NCBI GenBank assembly: GCA_020628615.1 | Contig: JAHDEV010000006.1 | Location: forward strand, 1 to 41,992 | DNA length: 41,992 nt | Direction of reading: 5' to 3' | From: Dokdonia sp. | GTDB lineage: Bacteria; Bacteroidota; Bacteroidia; Flavobacteriales; Flavobacteriaceae | Shown: positions 18,440-27,183 of the stretch, one piece after another | How positions within the stretch are numbered: the stretch's first letter is position 1 | Layout of the letters: every line of letters begins with the position of its first letter | Notes under the pieces: model-generated | What the model saw: only the letters and a program-made list of their open reading frames with translations | Database searches by the model: none | Told to the model about the DNA's origin: nothing | Translations under genes and position numbers: made by a program

Positions 18440-19863
18440 TGTACAATTAGTCGTGTAGTGCTGTGTTCTGTTTTTACAAAGTAAACACCTTTATTTAATT
18501 CTCTAACAGATATGGTGCCATCCTCAAGGAGTGTCTTTTCAATAACTATTTGTCCGAGAACATTGTAAATCTTTACATCGCCTATAGTTTTATTACTAGA
18601 AAGATGTACTTCATCTATTGCAGGATTTGGGTATATGGCTACCGAGATATCTTGGTTATCTATATCATTAACGCCTAGAGAGCTGTTTTGTTTTACAAGA
18701 AAAAAACCACCGCCTCCACTTAGCACGATGTTACCACTCTCAAAATAAGGATATACATTCCAAAGTCCGCCACCAAATCCCGCCGAATCATTTGCAGGAT
18801 AAGTGTCAAAGAAGCCCATCTCTTCTATACTACCATTTTCTATACCTGAAATATTGATAAGTCGCATCCCTGCACGATAGTTTGATAAATAAAAAAGATC
18901 ACCTAGTACATAGCCGTTGTGGTCTATTGCCTCAGTGGGGCCTTCATACTCAAAAGACAATACAGGGTTGTCAAGATCATTAAAGTCAAAAACAATAGTT
19001 CTAGTGTTAAAACCAAAGTCTATTTCATCTGTTTCATCACCTAGTAAAAAGTATCTTTGGTCTTCTGTAAACCAGCCTTGATGTGTATAGCCTATAGTAG
19101 GGTATGTAATTGTTGAAATCTCAACAGGATTTGCTTTATCTGTTATGTCTACAAGTGCTACAATATTTGCATTACTTCCTATAAGTATTTCTCTACCTGT
19201 ATAATCTGTGTCTGGACCGCTATAAGTTACTACTTGTGCATCGTGACTGTAATTATTGAGCCCATAACCTCCCGCTGCCGTAGGGTTTGTGGGGTTAGAA
19301 ATATCTATAAAATGAGGTCCTCCGTTAAAGGTTTGTGTACCCACTGCATATGCATATCCGCTCTCAGGATTGATTACAATATTATGTGCATTACCAAAGC
19401 CATCGTAGTGTGCATCTTCTGTAAAAGTTACAGGAGTAGCAGTTATATCTGTGAGTCTTGTGAGATCAAAAACTTGCATACCGTGTCCATTTGCCTCGCT
19501 TACTATGAAAGCGTGATTTTCATAAACCTTAATATCTCTCCATACACTTTCTGTAGTGTGCGTAGGCAAAGTACCTATAAGGACAATTTCATTTGGGTTT
19601 GATATGTCTACAAAAGCAGTACCGTTGCCTAAGCCTATAATGGCGTACTCTGTACCATCATCAGGATTAGTCCATCCCCAGCTATCATTTACAAATGTGG
19701 TGTTGAGGTCTGCCTCTGTAAGTCTGTCTTGAAGATCAAAACCAAAACAAGGAAACTCACCTGCCATTCCATTCTCACAAGGTGTTTGACTAGGTAATAA
19801 AGTTGCCTGGAAAACGGTAAAAAGAATTGCAAGTAGTATGTTCTTAGTAATATTTATTCTCAT
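18436..19863 (-). CDS. Choice-of-anchor B family protein with T9SS (Por) C-terminal sorting domain
   Basis: Start MRINITKN at 19863 with Sec signal; same core motifs as its neighbour; C-terminal IYPNPA...IYNVLGQ...KGVYFVK...RLIVQ. Confidence 0.88.
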   Translation of the reverse strand: MRINITKNILLAILFTVFQATLLPSQTPCENGMAGEFPCFGFDLQDRLTEADLNTTFVNDSWGWTNPDDGTEYAIIGLGNGTAFVDISNPNEIVLIGTLPTHTTESVWRDIKVYENHAFIVSEANGHGMQVFDLTRLTDITATPVTFTEDAHYDGFGNAHNIVINPESGYAYAVGTQTFNGGPHFIDISNPTNPTAAGGYGLNNYSHDAQVVTYSGPDTDYTGREILIGSNANIVALVDITDKANPVEISTITYPTIGYTHQGWFTEDQRYFLLGDETDEIDFGFNTRTIVFDFNDLDNPVLSFEYEGPTEAIDHNGYVLGDLFYLSNYRAGMRLINISGIENGSIEEMGFFDTYPANDSAGFGGGLWNVYPYFESGNIVLSGGGGFFLVKQNSSLGVNDIDNQDISVAIYPNPAIDEVHLSSNKTIGDVKIYNVLGQIVIEKTLLEDGTISVRELNKGVYFVKTEHSTTRLIVQ

Positions 19864-19973
19864 AGACGTGAGGATTAGTTTAGATAAATATACTAATGCA
19901 ACAAGTGAGACGGGTAATTCCCTACAAAGGATTACTCTATTTAACATTTACCTAGCTGTCAAATTAGTTTTTA

Positions 19974-20005
19974 TTGATCTTTAGAATTAGGTTTGATTAT
20001 CTTTG
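19974..20005 (+). promoter_or_regulatory. Bacteroidota promoter for thiL
   Basis: TTG (19974-19976) and -7 TATCTTTG (19998-20005), ending 5 bp before ATG 20011. Confidence 0.5.
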
Positions 20006-20010
20006 CGGCT

Positions 20011-21063
20011 ATGTTAGAAGATAAAAATCAAGAGCGCACATCATTATCAGAATTAGGTGAATTCGGACTTATAGATCACCTTACTAAATACTTTAAAATA
20101 CACCATACATCTACTGTAAAAGGTGTGGGTGATGATGCTGCAATTCTCAATTTTCCAAATGAGCAGATTGTCGTTACTACAGATTTGCTTGTAGAAGGGG
20201 TGCATTTTGATTTAAGCTATGTGCCTTTAAAACACCTAGGGTACAAAGCAGTAATGGTAAATCTATCTGATGTATATGCTATGAATGCAGAAGCTACACA
20301 GATAACCGTATCAATAGCAGTCTCTAATAGATTTCCCCTAGAGGCGATAGAGGAGTTATATGCAGGTATACAAACTGCGTGTAATAATTATAAGGTAGAC
20401 TTAGTGGGAGGAGATACAACCTCGTCTAACGTAGGTCTCGTTATAAGTGTTACTGCAATAGGTAAAGCAGCTCCAGAAGAATTAGCTAAAAGATCTACCG
20501 CAAAGGCTGGTGATTTACTTGTAGTATCTGGAGATGTAGGAGCAGCATATATGGGGCTGCAAATCTTAGAAAGAGAGAAAGCTGTTTTTAAAGTAAACCC
20601 AAGTAGCCAGCCAGACCTTGAGCAATATAGTTATCTAATAGAAAGACAACTTAAGCCAGAAGCACGTAAGGATGTAAAGTCTATCTTACAATCCCTAGAA
20701 GTACTGCCTACATCTATGATAGATGTGAGTGATGGCTTGTCATCAGAGATATTGCACATCTGTAAAAATTCAGGTGTTGGATGTAATCTGTATGAGGATA
20801 AGATTCCGTTAGATCCACAAGTGATAAGTAGCTGTGAAGAGTTTGAACTTGATAGCACAACCATCGCACTAAGTGGTGGAGAAGATTATGAGTTGCTGTT
20901 TACTATTAAACAGGAAGACTTTCCAAAAATTAAGGCAAACCCTAATTTTTCAATCATAGGTCATATGACCGAAGAAAAAGAAGGAGCTCACCTTATAACA
21001 AGAGCAAATACTAAGATACCTCTTATAGCTCGTGGTTGGAATGCACTTTCTAGCGAAGACTAG
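20011..21063 (+). CDS. thiL: Thiamine-monophosphate kinase
   Basis: GEFGLI, GDDAA, DLLVEGVHF, NLSDVYAM, GGDT, IDVSDGL, GGEDYELLFT; ATG 20011 preferred over TTG 19993. Confidence 0.95.
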   Translation: MLEDKNQERTSLSELGEFGLIDHLTKYFKIHHTSTVKGVGDDAAILNFPNEQIVVTTDLLVEGVHFDLSYVPLKHLGYKAVMVNLSDVYAMNAEATQITVSIAVSNRFPLEAIEELYAGIQTACNNYKVDLVGGDTTSSNVGLVISVTAIGKAAPEELAKRSTAKAGDLLVVSGDVGAAYMGLQILEREKAVFKVNPSSQPDLEQYSYLIERQLKPEARKDVKSILQSLEVLPTSMIDVSDGLSSEILHICKNSGVGCNLYEDKIPLDPQVISSCEEFELDSTTIALSGGEDYELLFTIKQEDFPKIKANPNFSIIGHMTEEKEGAHLITRANTKIPLIARGWNALSSED

Positions 21064-21314
21064 GAAGTACGTGACATTTTAGTGATGTAAAAATTTTCGT
21101 ACACCTCGTTAATGCGACGCATTTTTGGGGTAAGTGGGGTGTAGTGACCGTAACCATCTAGCGTATATTGTTTCTTGCAGTGCGTGCACTCAAATTCTTT
21201 TAAATGTGACTGGTAACGCTTTGTAAGACGATACTTGTGTCCAAAAATTTTGCAAGCAACAGCGGCTAGTTGATTTCTTTTAGGTTGTAGGGGGGTAAGT
21301 TCTATGGATTTCAT
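21060..21314 (-). CDS. Small putative zinc-binding protein (DUF1660-like)
   Basis: CKIFGH...CTHC pattern; -7 element TAAATTTG on the minus strand at 21362-21369. Confidence 0.6.
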   Translation of the reverse strand: MKSIELTPLQPKRNQLAAVACKIFGHKYRLTKRYQSHLKEFECTHCKKQYTLDGYGHYTPLTPKMRRINEVYENFYITKMSRTS

Positions 21315-21470
21315 TTATTATGATTTGGGATATCAAAGTAAATAAATATCTGTGAAATACACAAATTTACCGACCAAAAGCATTAAAATTAATTTATATG
21401 TTAAAGTGTTTTAACGATTTATAAGTAGTGAAAGTATAAAATGCCTTATTAATTTTTACCTACTTTAGGT

Positions 21471-22262
21471 CTAATCCCGACTTGAAGATGTTGTTACAAA
21501 TTCTTCCAGAAGCTTCGCCACTAGTTCTGTGTGTGAGATATGAGCCATATGGCCGCTATCTATGATTTTAAAAAATGCTATGTCTTTTTCAAAGTGGTCT
21601 TTATGAGTTTCTGCATTTATAATCCAGTCGGTAGCTCCTAGTATCATTCCTTGTGCAAAGGGAGCTTTTTTCCAGAAAGTACTGAGGTCATCACGTACTT
21701 GCATTCCACTATTTGCTGCAATATACCCTTGTACAGGAGTTTTTAATGCGTGATCTAGGGCTTCACTTATTTGATTGTGGTAGTTTGCTTTTGTCTTGGG
21801 GTCAAAAAGATTTGTAAAAGACATACGTACTAGCTGCTCGTATTGTTTTTTTGCCATCTTATTTGCCCTTGTGCGCAATGCTGCGCGCTCATCGTCATCT
21901 GGAAGCGGTGTTGAGTTGAGTAAACAAAGTGATATGATACGTTCTGGTTGCGCTTTCGCGAAAGCGAGACCCACATAACCACCCATAGAGTGGCCTACTA
22001 GATGCATTTTTGTGATTGCTAGAGTGTCAACCACCGTTTGTACAGCGGCCGCCATATCTTCCATAGTGTGTACATAGCCAGTATTACCAGAAGTACCGTG
22101 TCCCAAAAGGTCTATGCAAATGACTCTATGTCGAGATGCAAGTTTACTTTGTATAGCATCCCACATAGTATGGTTTTCAAGAAAACCGTGAAGCAAAATA
22201 ATAGGTGTACCAGATCCTGTATCTGTATAAAAAATGGAAGCACCTTTGTGGTTAATGGTCAT
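21471..22262 (-). CDS. Alpha/beta fold hydrolase
   Basis: LLHGF, IDLLGHG, GHSMGG, SGHMAH; start MTINHKG at 22262 preferred. Confidence 0.9.
   Translation of the reverse strand: MTINHKGASIFYTDTGSGTPIILLHGFLENHTMWDAIQSKLASRHRVICIDLLGHGTSGNTGYVHTMEDMAAAVQTVVDTLAITKMHLVGHSMGGYVGLAFAKAQPERIISLCLLNSTPLPDDDERAALRTRANKMAKKQYEQLVRMSFTNLFDPKTKANYHNQISEALDHALKTPVQGYIAANSGMQVRDDLSTFWKKAPFAQGMILGATDWIINAETHKDHFEKDIAFFKIIDSGHMAHISHTELVAKLLEEFVTTSSSRD
21951..21966. repeat. Palindrome copy 8 (in alpha/beta hydrolase, AFAKA)
   Basis: Exact match. Confidence 0.95.
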
Positions 22263-22297
22263 TAGTTCTATATTGGAGGGCAAATATCAAGCAACCT

Positions 22298-23572
22298 ATG
22301 AGAATGACCAAACAAACCTTCATTACAGCCTTTGCGCTATTCTCTCTTTTTTTTGGCGCAGGTAACTTAATCTTACCTCCATTCTTAGGCTATAATGCCG
22401 GCAGCTCTTGGTGGTTAGTACTTTTAGGTTTTATCGTATCTGCAGTTGTGATACCTATACTCGCCATCTACGGGCACGCTAGATTGCAAGGTACAATGCT
22501 AGACTTTGCAAAAAAGGTATCGCCACTATTTGCTTTATTATACGGTATAATTGTTTATGCTATCTCTATTGCTTTACCAGCGCCTCGCACGGCATCTGTG
22601 ACCTATGAGATGGCTATACAGCCATATTTTGACATCTCTAGTTTAACCTTAAGTAGCCTCTATTTTACCCTTGTTTTACTTTTTGTACTCAATAGGTCAA
22701 AAATGATGGACATTGTAGGTAAGTACCTCACACCAGCCATATTAAGTATACTGGCTTTGGTGATAGGTATAGGACTCTTTGCAGAGTATGAGCCTATGCG
22801 TGCTTCTATTTTTGACAATACAATTACGAGTGGTATACTTGAGGGTTATCAAACTTTTGATGCTATAGGAGGTGTTGTAGTAGGAGGTGTAATTGTCATA
22901 TCATTAGGATTTAAAAATAGCACCCCTACCGAAAATAAGAGAATCATCACACAAGGAGGAATCATTGCTGGGTTAGGGTTGTTATTTATTTACGGCGGCC
23001 TTATCTACTTAGGTGCTTTGCGCAGTGGTGGTCCAGAAATCACAGATCGCACGGCTCTATTATCTATGCTTAGTGTAGATACACTAGGAGCCGTGGGTAG
23101 CAGAGTACTTGCGGTATTAGTTAGTCTTGCCTGTTTTACAACGGCAGTGGGTATTGTCACAGGCACATCAGACTTTGTAAAAGGTATTTTTAATAACTCA
23201 CAACTAGCATATAACATAACTGCGGTATTGGGTTGTGTGCTGGGAGTGGTAATGGGACAGCTAGATGTAATGTCTATTATAGCCGTAGCCGTACCTGCAC
23301 TTATGTTTATTTACCCTATAACTATTGTGTTGATTATACTCAATGCCTTACCAGATAGATGGACAACGGTACTTGTATTTAGGTCTGTAGTGATTGCGAC
23401 TATTTTATTTAGCGCACCAGATTTTTGGGCATCACTAGGGTTTAGTGAGCAAATGAAGGGTATACAAGAATTTATACCTCTAGGCACGGTAAGCTTAGGC
23501 TGGTTATTGCCTGCTGTGATAACACTTGTTGGGGTAAATGTTTTTACGCTTTCGCGAAATCGTACTACTTAA
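22298..23572 (+). CDS. brnQ: Branched-chain amino acid:cation symporter BrnQ
   Basis: FSLFFGAGNLILPPFLG, PRTA, GYQTFD, LACFTTAVG, YPITIVLI. Confidence 0.92.
   Translation: MRMTKQTFITAFALFSLFFGAGNLILPPFLGYNAGSSWWLVLLGFIVSAVVIPILAIYGHARLQGTMLDFAKKVSPLFALLYGIIVYAISIALPAPRTASVTYEMAIQPYFDISSLTLSSLYFTLVLLFVLNRSKMMDIVGKYLTPAILSILALVIGIGLFAEYEPMRASIFDNTITSGILEGYQTFDAIGGVVVGGVIVISLGFKNSTPTENKRIITQGGIIAGLGLLFIYGGLIYLGALRSGGPEITDRTALLSMLSVDTLGAVGSRVLAVLVSLACFTTAVGIVTGTSDFVKGIFNNSQLAYNITAVLGCVLGVVMGQLDVMSIIAVAVPALMFIYPITIVLIILNALPDRWTTVLVFRSVVIATILFSAPDFWASLGFSEQMKGIQEFIPLGTVSLGWLLPAVITLVGVNVFTLSRNRTT
23547..23562. repeat. Palindrome copy 9 (1 mismatch; brnQ C-terminus, LSRNR)
   Basis: TA-CGCTTTCGCGAAATCG-TA. 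Confidence 0.9.
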
Positions 23573-24225
23573 GATTGTAATTTCTTAATGGCAGAAAATG
23601 CTCTGTCTACAAGCTCATCTTCTACCAGAATTATAAATTCATTTGTAGTTGAAATTACCTCTTGAAGCGATATACCTTCCCAAGCAAGGCGTTTAAAAAT
23701 CTGATAATATAAGCCGGCAACAGCTGTGTTACCCTGTGGCAATCGTATACTTATAGCCGAAAGGTTGCCTTGAAAATTGAGTATATTTTCTGTTTTAAAG
23801 TGATCTCTTATGTGCGCCTCCTCACTAGCAGAGCTTATAAGTGTGCTCTCGTGTATACCGCGAGTAAAGGTGTAAAAAACTTGCTGGTTTGTAGCGATGG
23901 TACTAAGTATCTGAGCGTGGTTTTGGATAAGAGTCCCAGAGTTTTGAAATGTAAAAACGATTAGTTTTGAGCGTACCGTGATATCACCTAGTCCATTAAG
24001 TACCTCTTTGAGTCGTAATGACTTTTGGGTATCTGTGGGAGATGCATATCGTCTCAACGCCATAAGTATAGCACCGTCTTTTACGGGCTTTTTGAGCATC
24101 TTAGACACTAGGGGATTTAAGTTTTCGGCCAGTGCGGCGTAGTTTATTATCTTTTGAGATAATGCTTCTTCTAGGTAGGGCTGTTTTGCAATAATGGCCG
24201 CTACGCAATCTGATATTGTATTCAA
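23569..24225 (-). CDS. ACT-domain protein with N-terminal helical domain, divergent from aspartate kinase
   Basis: INYAALA N-terminus; C-terminal ACT-like GLYYQIFKRLAWEGISLQEVISTTNEFIILV; TTG start. Confidence 0.7.
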   Translation of the reverse strand: MNTISDCVAAIIAKQPYLEEALSQKIINYAALAENLNPLVSKMLKKPVKDGAILMALRRYASPTDTQKSLRLKEVLNGLGDITVRSKLIVFTFQNSGTLIQNHAQILSTIATNQQVFYTFTRGIHESTLISSASEEAHIRDHFKTENILNFQGNLSAISIRLPQGNTAVAGLYYQIFKRLAWEGISLQEVISTTNEFIILVEDELVDRAFSAIKKLQS

Positions 24226-24300
24226 ATCGTTATATAATTAACATTTTGTTCAAAATTAGTCTATTTTCTTCATTTATGAGGATAGAAAGAGCCACAGAAA

Positions 24301-24308
24301 TACATTTG
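24301..24308 (+). promoter_or_regulatory. Bacteroidota -7 element (TACATTTG) for lysC
   Basis: TAnnTTTG 16 bp upstream of ATG 24325. Confidence 0.55.
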
Positions 24309-24324
24309 TATAAAAATGTAACCT

Positions 24325-25650
24325 ATGCAAGTATTAAAATTTGGAGGAACCTCTGTAGGATCTGTAGAAAATATGGTGTCTGTACGTCATATTATAGACT
24401 CACCGCAACCTAAGATTGTTGTACTATCTGCAATGTCTGGTACTACAAATGCTCTTGTTGCTATTGCAACTGCAGCCCGAGAGGGTGACGTCACTACAGC
24501 ACATAAAACAAGAGGAGATTTACAATCTAGATATGATGATGTTATTGAGCAATTGTTTACAGATAAACATATTAAATCTCTAGTTATAGGATATGTAGAT
24601 GAGGTGTTTGCAGAGGTAGAGAGAATCACGGTAGAGAAGGAGATTACTTTGCAAATGGAAGAAGCTATTGTCGCTCAAGGTGAGTTGCTGTCTACATTTA
24701 TATTTTGTCACTTTTTACAACAAGAAGGTCTTAGTGCTGCTTTACTGCCTGCATTAGAGTTTATGAGAATAGATAAGGACAATGAGCCAGATCAATTTTA
24801 TATACGTCAGAATCTTGAGCGTGTGATAGAAAATGCGGGACAGCATACCATTTACATCACGCAAGGCTTTATATGTCGCAACTATAGTGGTGAGATATCA
24901 AACTTACAGCGAGGAGGGAGCGACTATACAGCAACCATAGTAGGTGCTGCAGTTGAGTCTAGCGAGGTGCAAATCTGGACAGATATAGATGGTTTTCATA
25001 ATAACGACCCGAGGTTTGTAGAGGAGACAAAAGCAATAGGTGCCCTTTGTTATGATGAGGCGGCAGAGCTCGCTTATTTTGGTGCAAAAATATTACACCC
25101 CCAGACTGTACAACCCTTGCGAGAAGCGCGTATCCCTTTACGTTTAAAAAATACAATGGAGCCAGATGCTTCTGGAACCGTAATTACACACAGGTCACAA
25201 GGTGAAGGAATCAAAGCTATAGCTGCCAAAGATGGTATAACCGCACTTAAAATAAAGTCGAGTAAAATGTTACTCGCCCACGGTTTTTTAAGTAAAGTTT
25301 TTGACGTATTTGCACGCTATGAGACATCAATAGATATGATTACCACATCAGAAATTGCAGTGTCACTTACCATAGATGATACGAGTAATCTTGATGCCAT
25401 ACTAACCGAGCTTGTACAATTCTCACAGGTAGTGGTAGATGATAAGCAAAGCATTATCTGTCTAGTGGGTAATGCGGTAAACCGTCATCCAGATACGCAT
25501 AAACTTTTTCAAGTACTGCAAGATGTGCAAGTGCGTATGATTTCCTTTGGAGGAAGTGATCATAACATATCTATACTCGTGGCAACCGAAGATAAAAAAC
25601 GAGCACTTTCTTTATTGCAAGAATATATGTTTGCAACCCCAGTTGCTTAA
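24325..25650 (+). CDS. lysC: Aspartate kinase
   Basis: KFGGTSVG, VLSAMSGTTN, RGGSDYTA, WTDIDG, ELAYFGAKILHP, two ACT domains. Confidence 0.93.
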   Translation: MQVLKFGGTSVGSVENMVSVRHIIDSPQPKIVVLSAMSGTTNALVAIATAAREGDVTTAHKTRGDLQSRYDDVIEQLFTDKHIKSLVIGYVDEVFAEVERITVEKEITLQMEEAIVAQGELLSTFIFCHFLQQEGLSAALLPALEFMRIDKDNEPDQFYIRQNLERVIENAGQHTIYITQGFICRNYSGEISNLQRGGSDYTATIVGAAVESSEVQIWTDIDGFHNNDPRFVEETKAIGALCYDEAAELAYFGAKILHPQTVQPLREARIPLRLKNTMEPDASGTVITHRSQGEGIKAIAAKDGITALKIKSSKMLLAHGFLSKVFDVFARYETSIDMITTSEIAVSLTIDDTSNLDAILTELVQFSQVVVDDKQSIICLVGNAVNRHPDTHKLFQVLQDVQVRMISFGGSDHNISILVATEDKKRALSLLQEYMFATPVA

Positions 25651-25664
25651 TTAGAGAATTTAGT

Positions 25665-25703
25665 AAAAAAAAAGCCCATCATTTAAAAAAATGATGGGCT
25701 TTT
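25665..25703. terminator. Bidirectional intrinsic terminator between lysC and pepP
   Basis: A9-GCCCATCATTT-loop-AAATGATGGGC-TTTT between convergent genes. Confidence 0.85.
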
Positions 25704-25725
25704 ATATGATGTTACTAGCGCGTGT

Positions 25726-27018
25726 CTAGCTATTCATAAGATCTTCTATTTCTTCTACCGTGATAGGGATATCACGCATAAGGTTAAAGGGTGCGCCAGT
25801 TTCTTGTATAACTACATCATCCTCTAGTCTAATCCCAAAACCTTCATCTGGAATATAAATTCCTGGCTCTACGGTAAAGACTTGGTTTGCCTGCATAGGT
25901 TCGTGTAGTAAGCCATAATCGTGGGTGTCAAGGCCTATGTGGTGAGAAGTACCGTGCATAAAGTATTTCTTGTATGCTGGCCACTCTGGATTCTCATTTT
26001 GCACATCTGCCTTGTCTAGTAGTGCTAAACCTAGTAACTCAGAAGTCATAATTTTACCTACCTCTACGTGGTATTGCTCCCATAAAGTCCCTGGTACGAG
26101 AAGTTTTGTGGCCTCGTCTTTTACTTTTAATACCGCATTGTAAACAGCTTTTTGTCTATCTGTAAAACGACCACTTACTGGTATGGTGCGGGTCATATCA
26201 CTAGAGTAATTTGCATACTCTGCACCTACATCCATAAGGATGAGGTCTCCAGCTTTACATTGCTGGTTGTTTTCTATATAGTGAAGTACGTTTGCATTAT
26301 TACCAGAAGCAATAATAGGGGTGTAAGCAAACTTTTTAGAACGGTTTCTTAAAAACTCGTGTATATATTCTGCCTCAATTTCATACTCCCATACCCCAGG
26401 TTTTACAAACCCAAGCACACGACGGAAACCTTTATTTGTAATATCACAAGCCTTTTGCATAAGGTCTAGCTCTATTTGGTCTTTTACAGAGCGTAGGCGT
26501 TGTAAGATAGGGTTACTCTTTGCTACACTGTGAGCAGGGTACTTTGCTTTCCACCATTTTGTAAAGCGATCTTCACGAGTCTCTGTCTCAACACTTGCCC
26601 TGTAGTGCTCATTAGTATTTACATATACCGTATCTGCATAGGTCATAAGTTCTGAAAATACTTTTTCTAAGTCTTGCAGCCAGAGTACCGTTTTAACTCC
26701 AGATGTAGCTGTCGCTTTTTCTTTGGTAAGTTTTTCACCTTCCCAGACAGCAATATGATCATTTGTTTCTCTTACAAAAAGAATCTCGCGGTACTTCTCT
26801 TTTGGACAGTCCGGAAACATAACAAGTACAGACTCTTCTTGGTCTACACCACTTAGGTAAAAAATATCACGGTGTTGCTCAAAAGGGAGTGTACTATCTG
26901 CACTCACGGGGTAAATGTCATTACTATTAAAAACGGCTAGACTATTTGGCTTCATTTGTGCCATAAAGTTTTTGCGGTTTTTTATAAAAAGTGCGTTGTC
27001 TATAAGGTCGTATTTCAT
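25726..27018 (-). CDS. pepP: Xaa-Pro aminopeptidase (M24B)
   Basis: AMP_N domain; LHY, MDVGAE, SDMTRT, HGTSHHIGLDTHD, TVEPGIY, GIRLEDD. Confidence 0.92.
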   Translation of the reverse strand: MKYDLIDNALFIKNRKNFMAQMKPNSLAVFNSNDIYPVSADSTLPFEQHRDIFYLSGVDQEESVLVMFPDCPKEKYREILFVRETNDHIAVWEGEKLTKEKATATSGVKTVLWLQDLEKVFSELMTYADTVYVNTNEHYRASVETETREDRFTKWWKAKYPAHSVAKSNPILQRLRSVKDQIELDLMQKACDITNKGFRRVLGFVKPGVWEYEIEAEYIHEFLRNRSKKFAYTPIIASGNNANVLHYIENNQQCKAGDLILMDVGAEYANYSSDMTRTIPVSGRFTDRQKAVYNAVLKVKDEATKLLVPGTLWEQYHVEVGKIMTSELLGLALLDKADVQNENPEWPAYKKYFMHGTSHHIGLDTHDYGLLHEPMQANQVFTVEPGIYIPDEGFGIRLEDDVVIQETGAPFNLMRDIPITVEEIEDLMNS

Positions 27019-27058
27019 TGTAACTCTTGATTAGAATGTAAAAATACAAATTTGGGTA

Positions 27059-27074
27059 CGCTTTCGCGAAAGCG
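27059..27074. repeat. Palindrome copy 10 (pepP/BNR divergent intergenic)
   Basis: Exact; TA flanks. Confidence 0.95.
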
Positions 27075-27183
27075 TAACAACTCATAACCTCAAAAAAGAA
27101 CTCACACGTGTTAAACTAAATCCAAAAGTTTTCTTAAAATAAGTCCTTTGCGTATTTTCATTGCCTTATAAAATCCAAACCAA

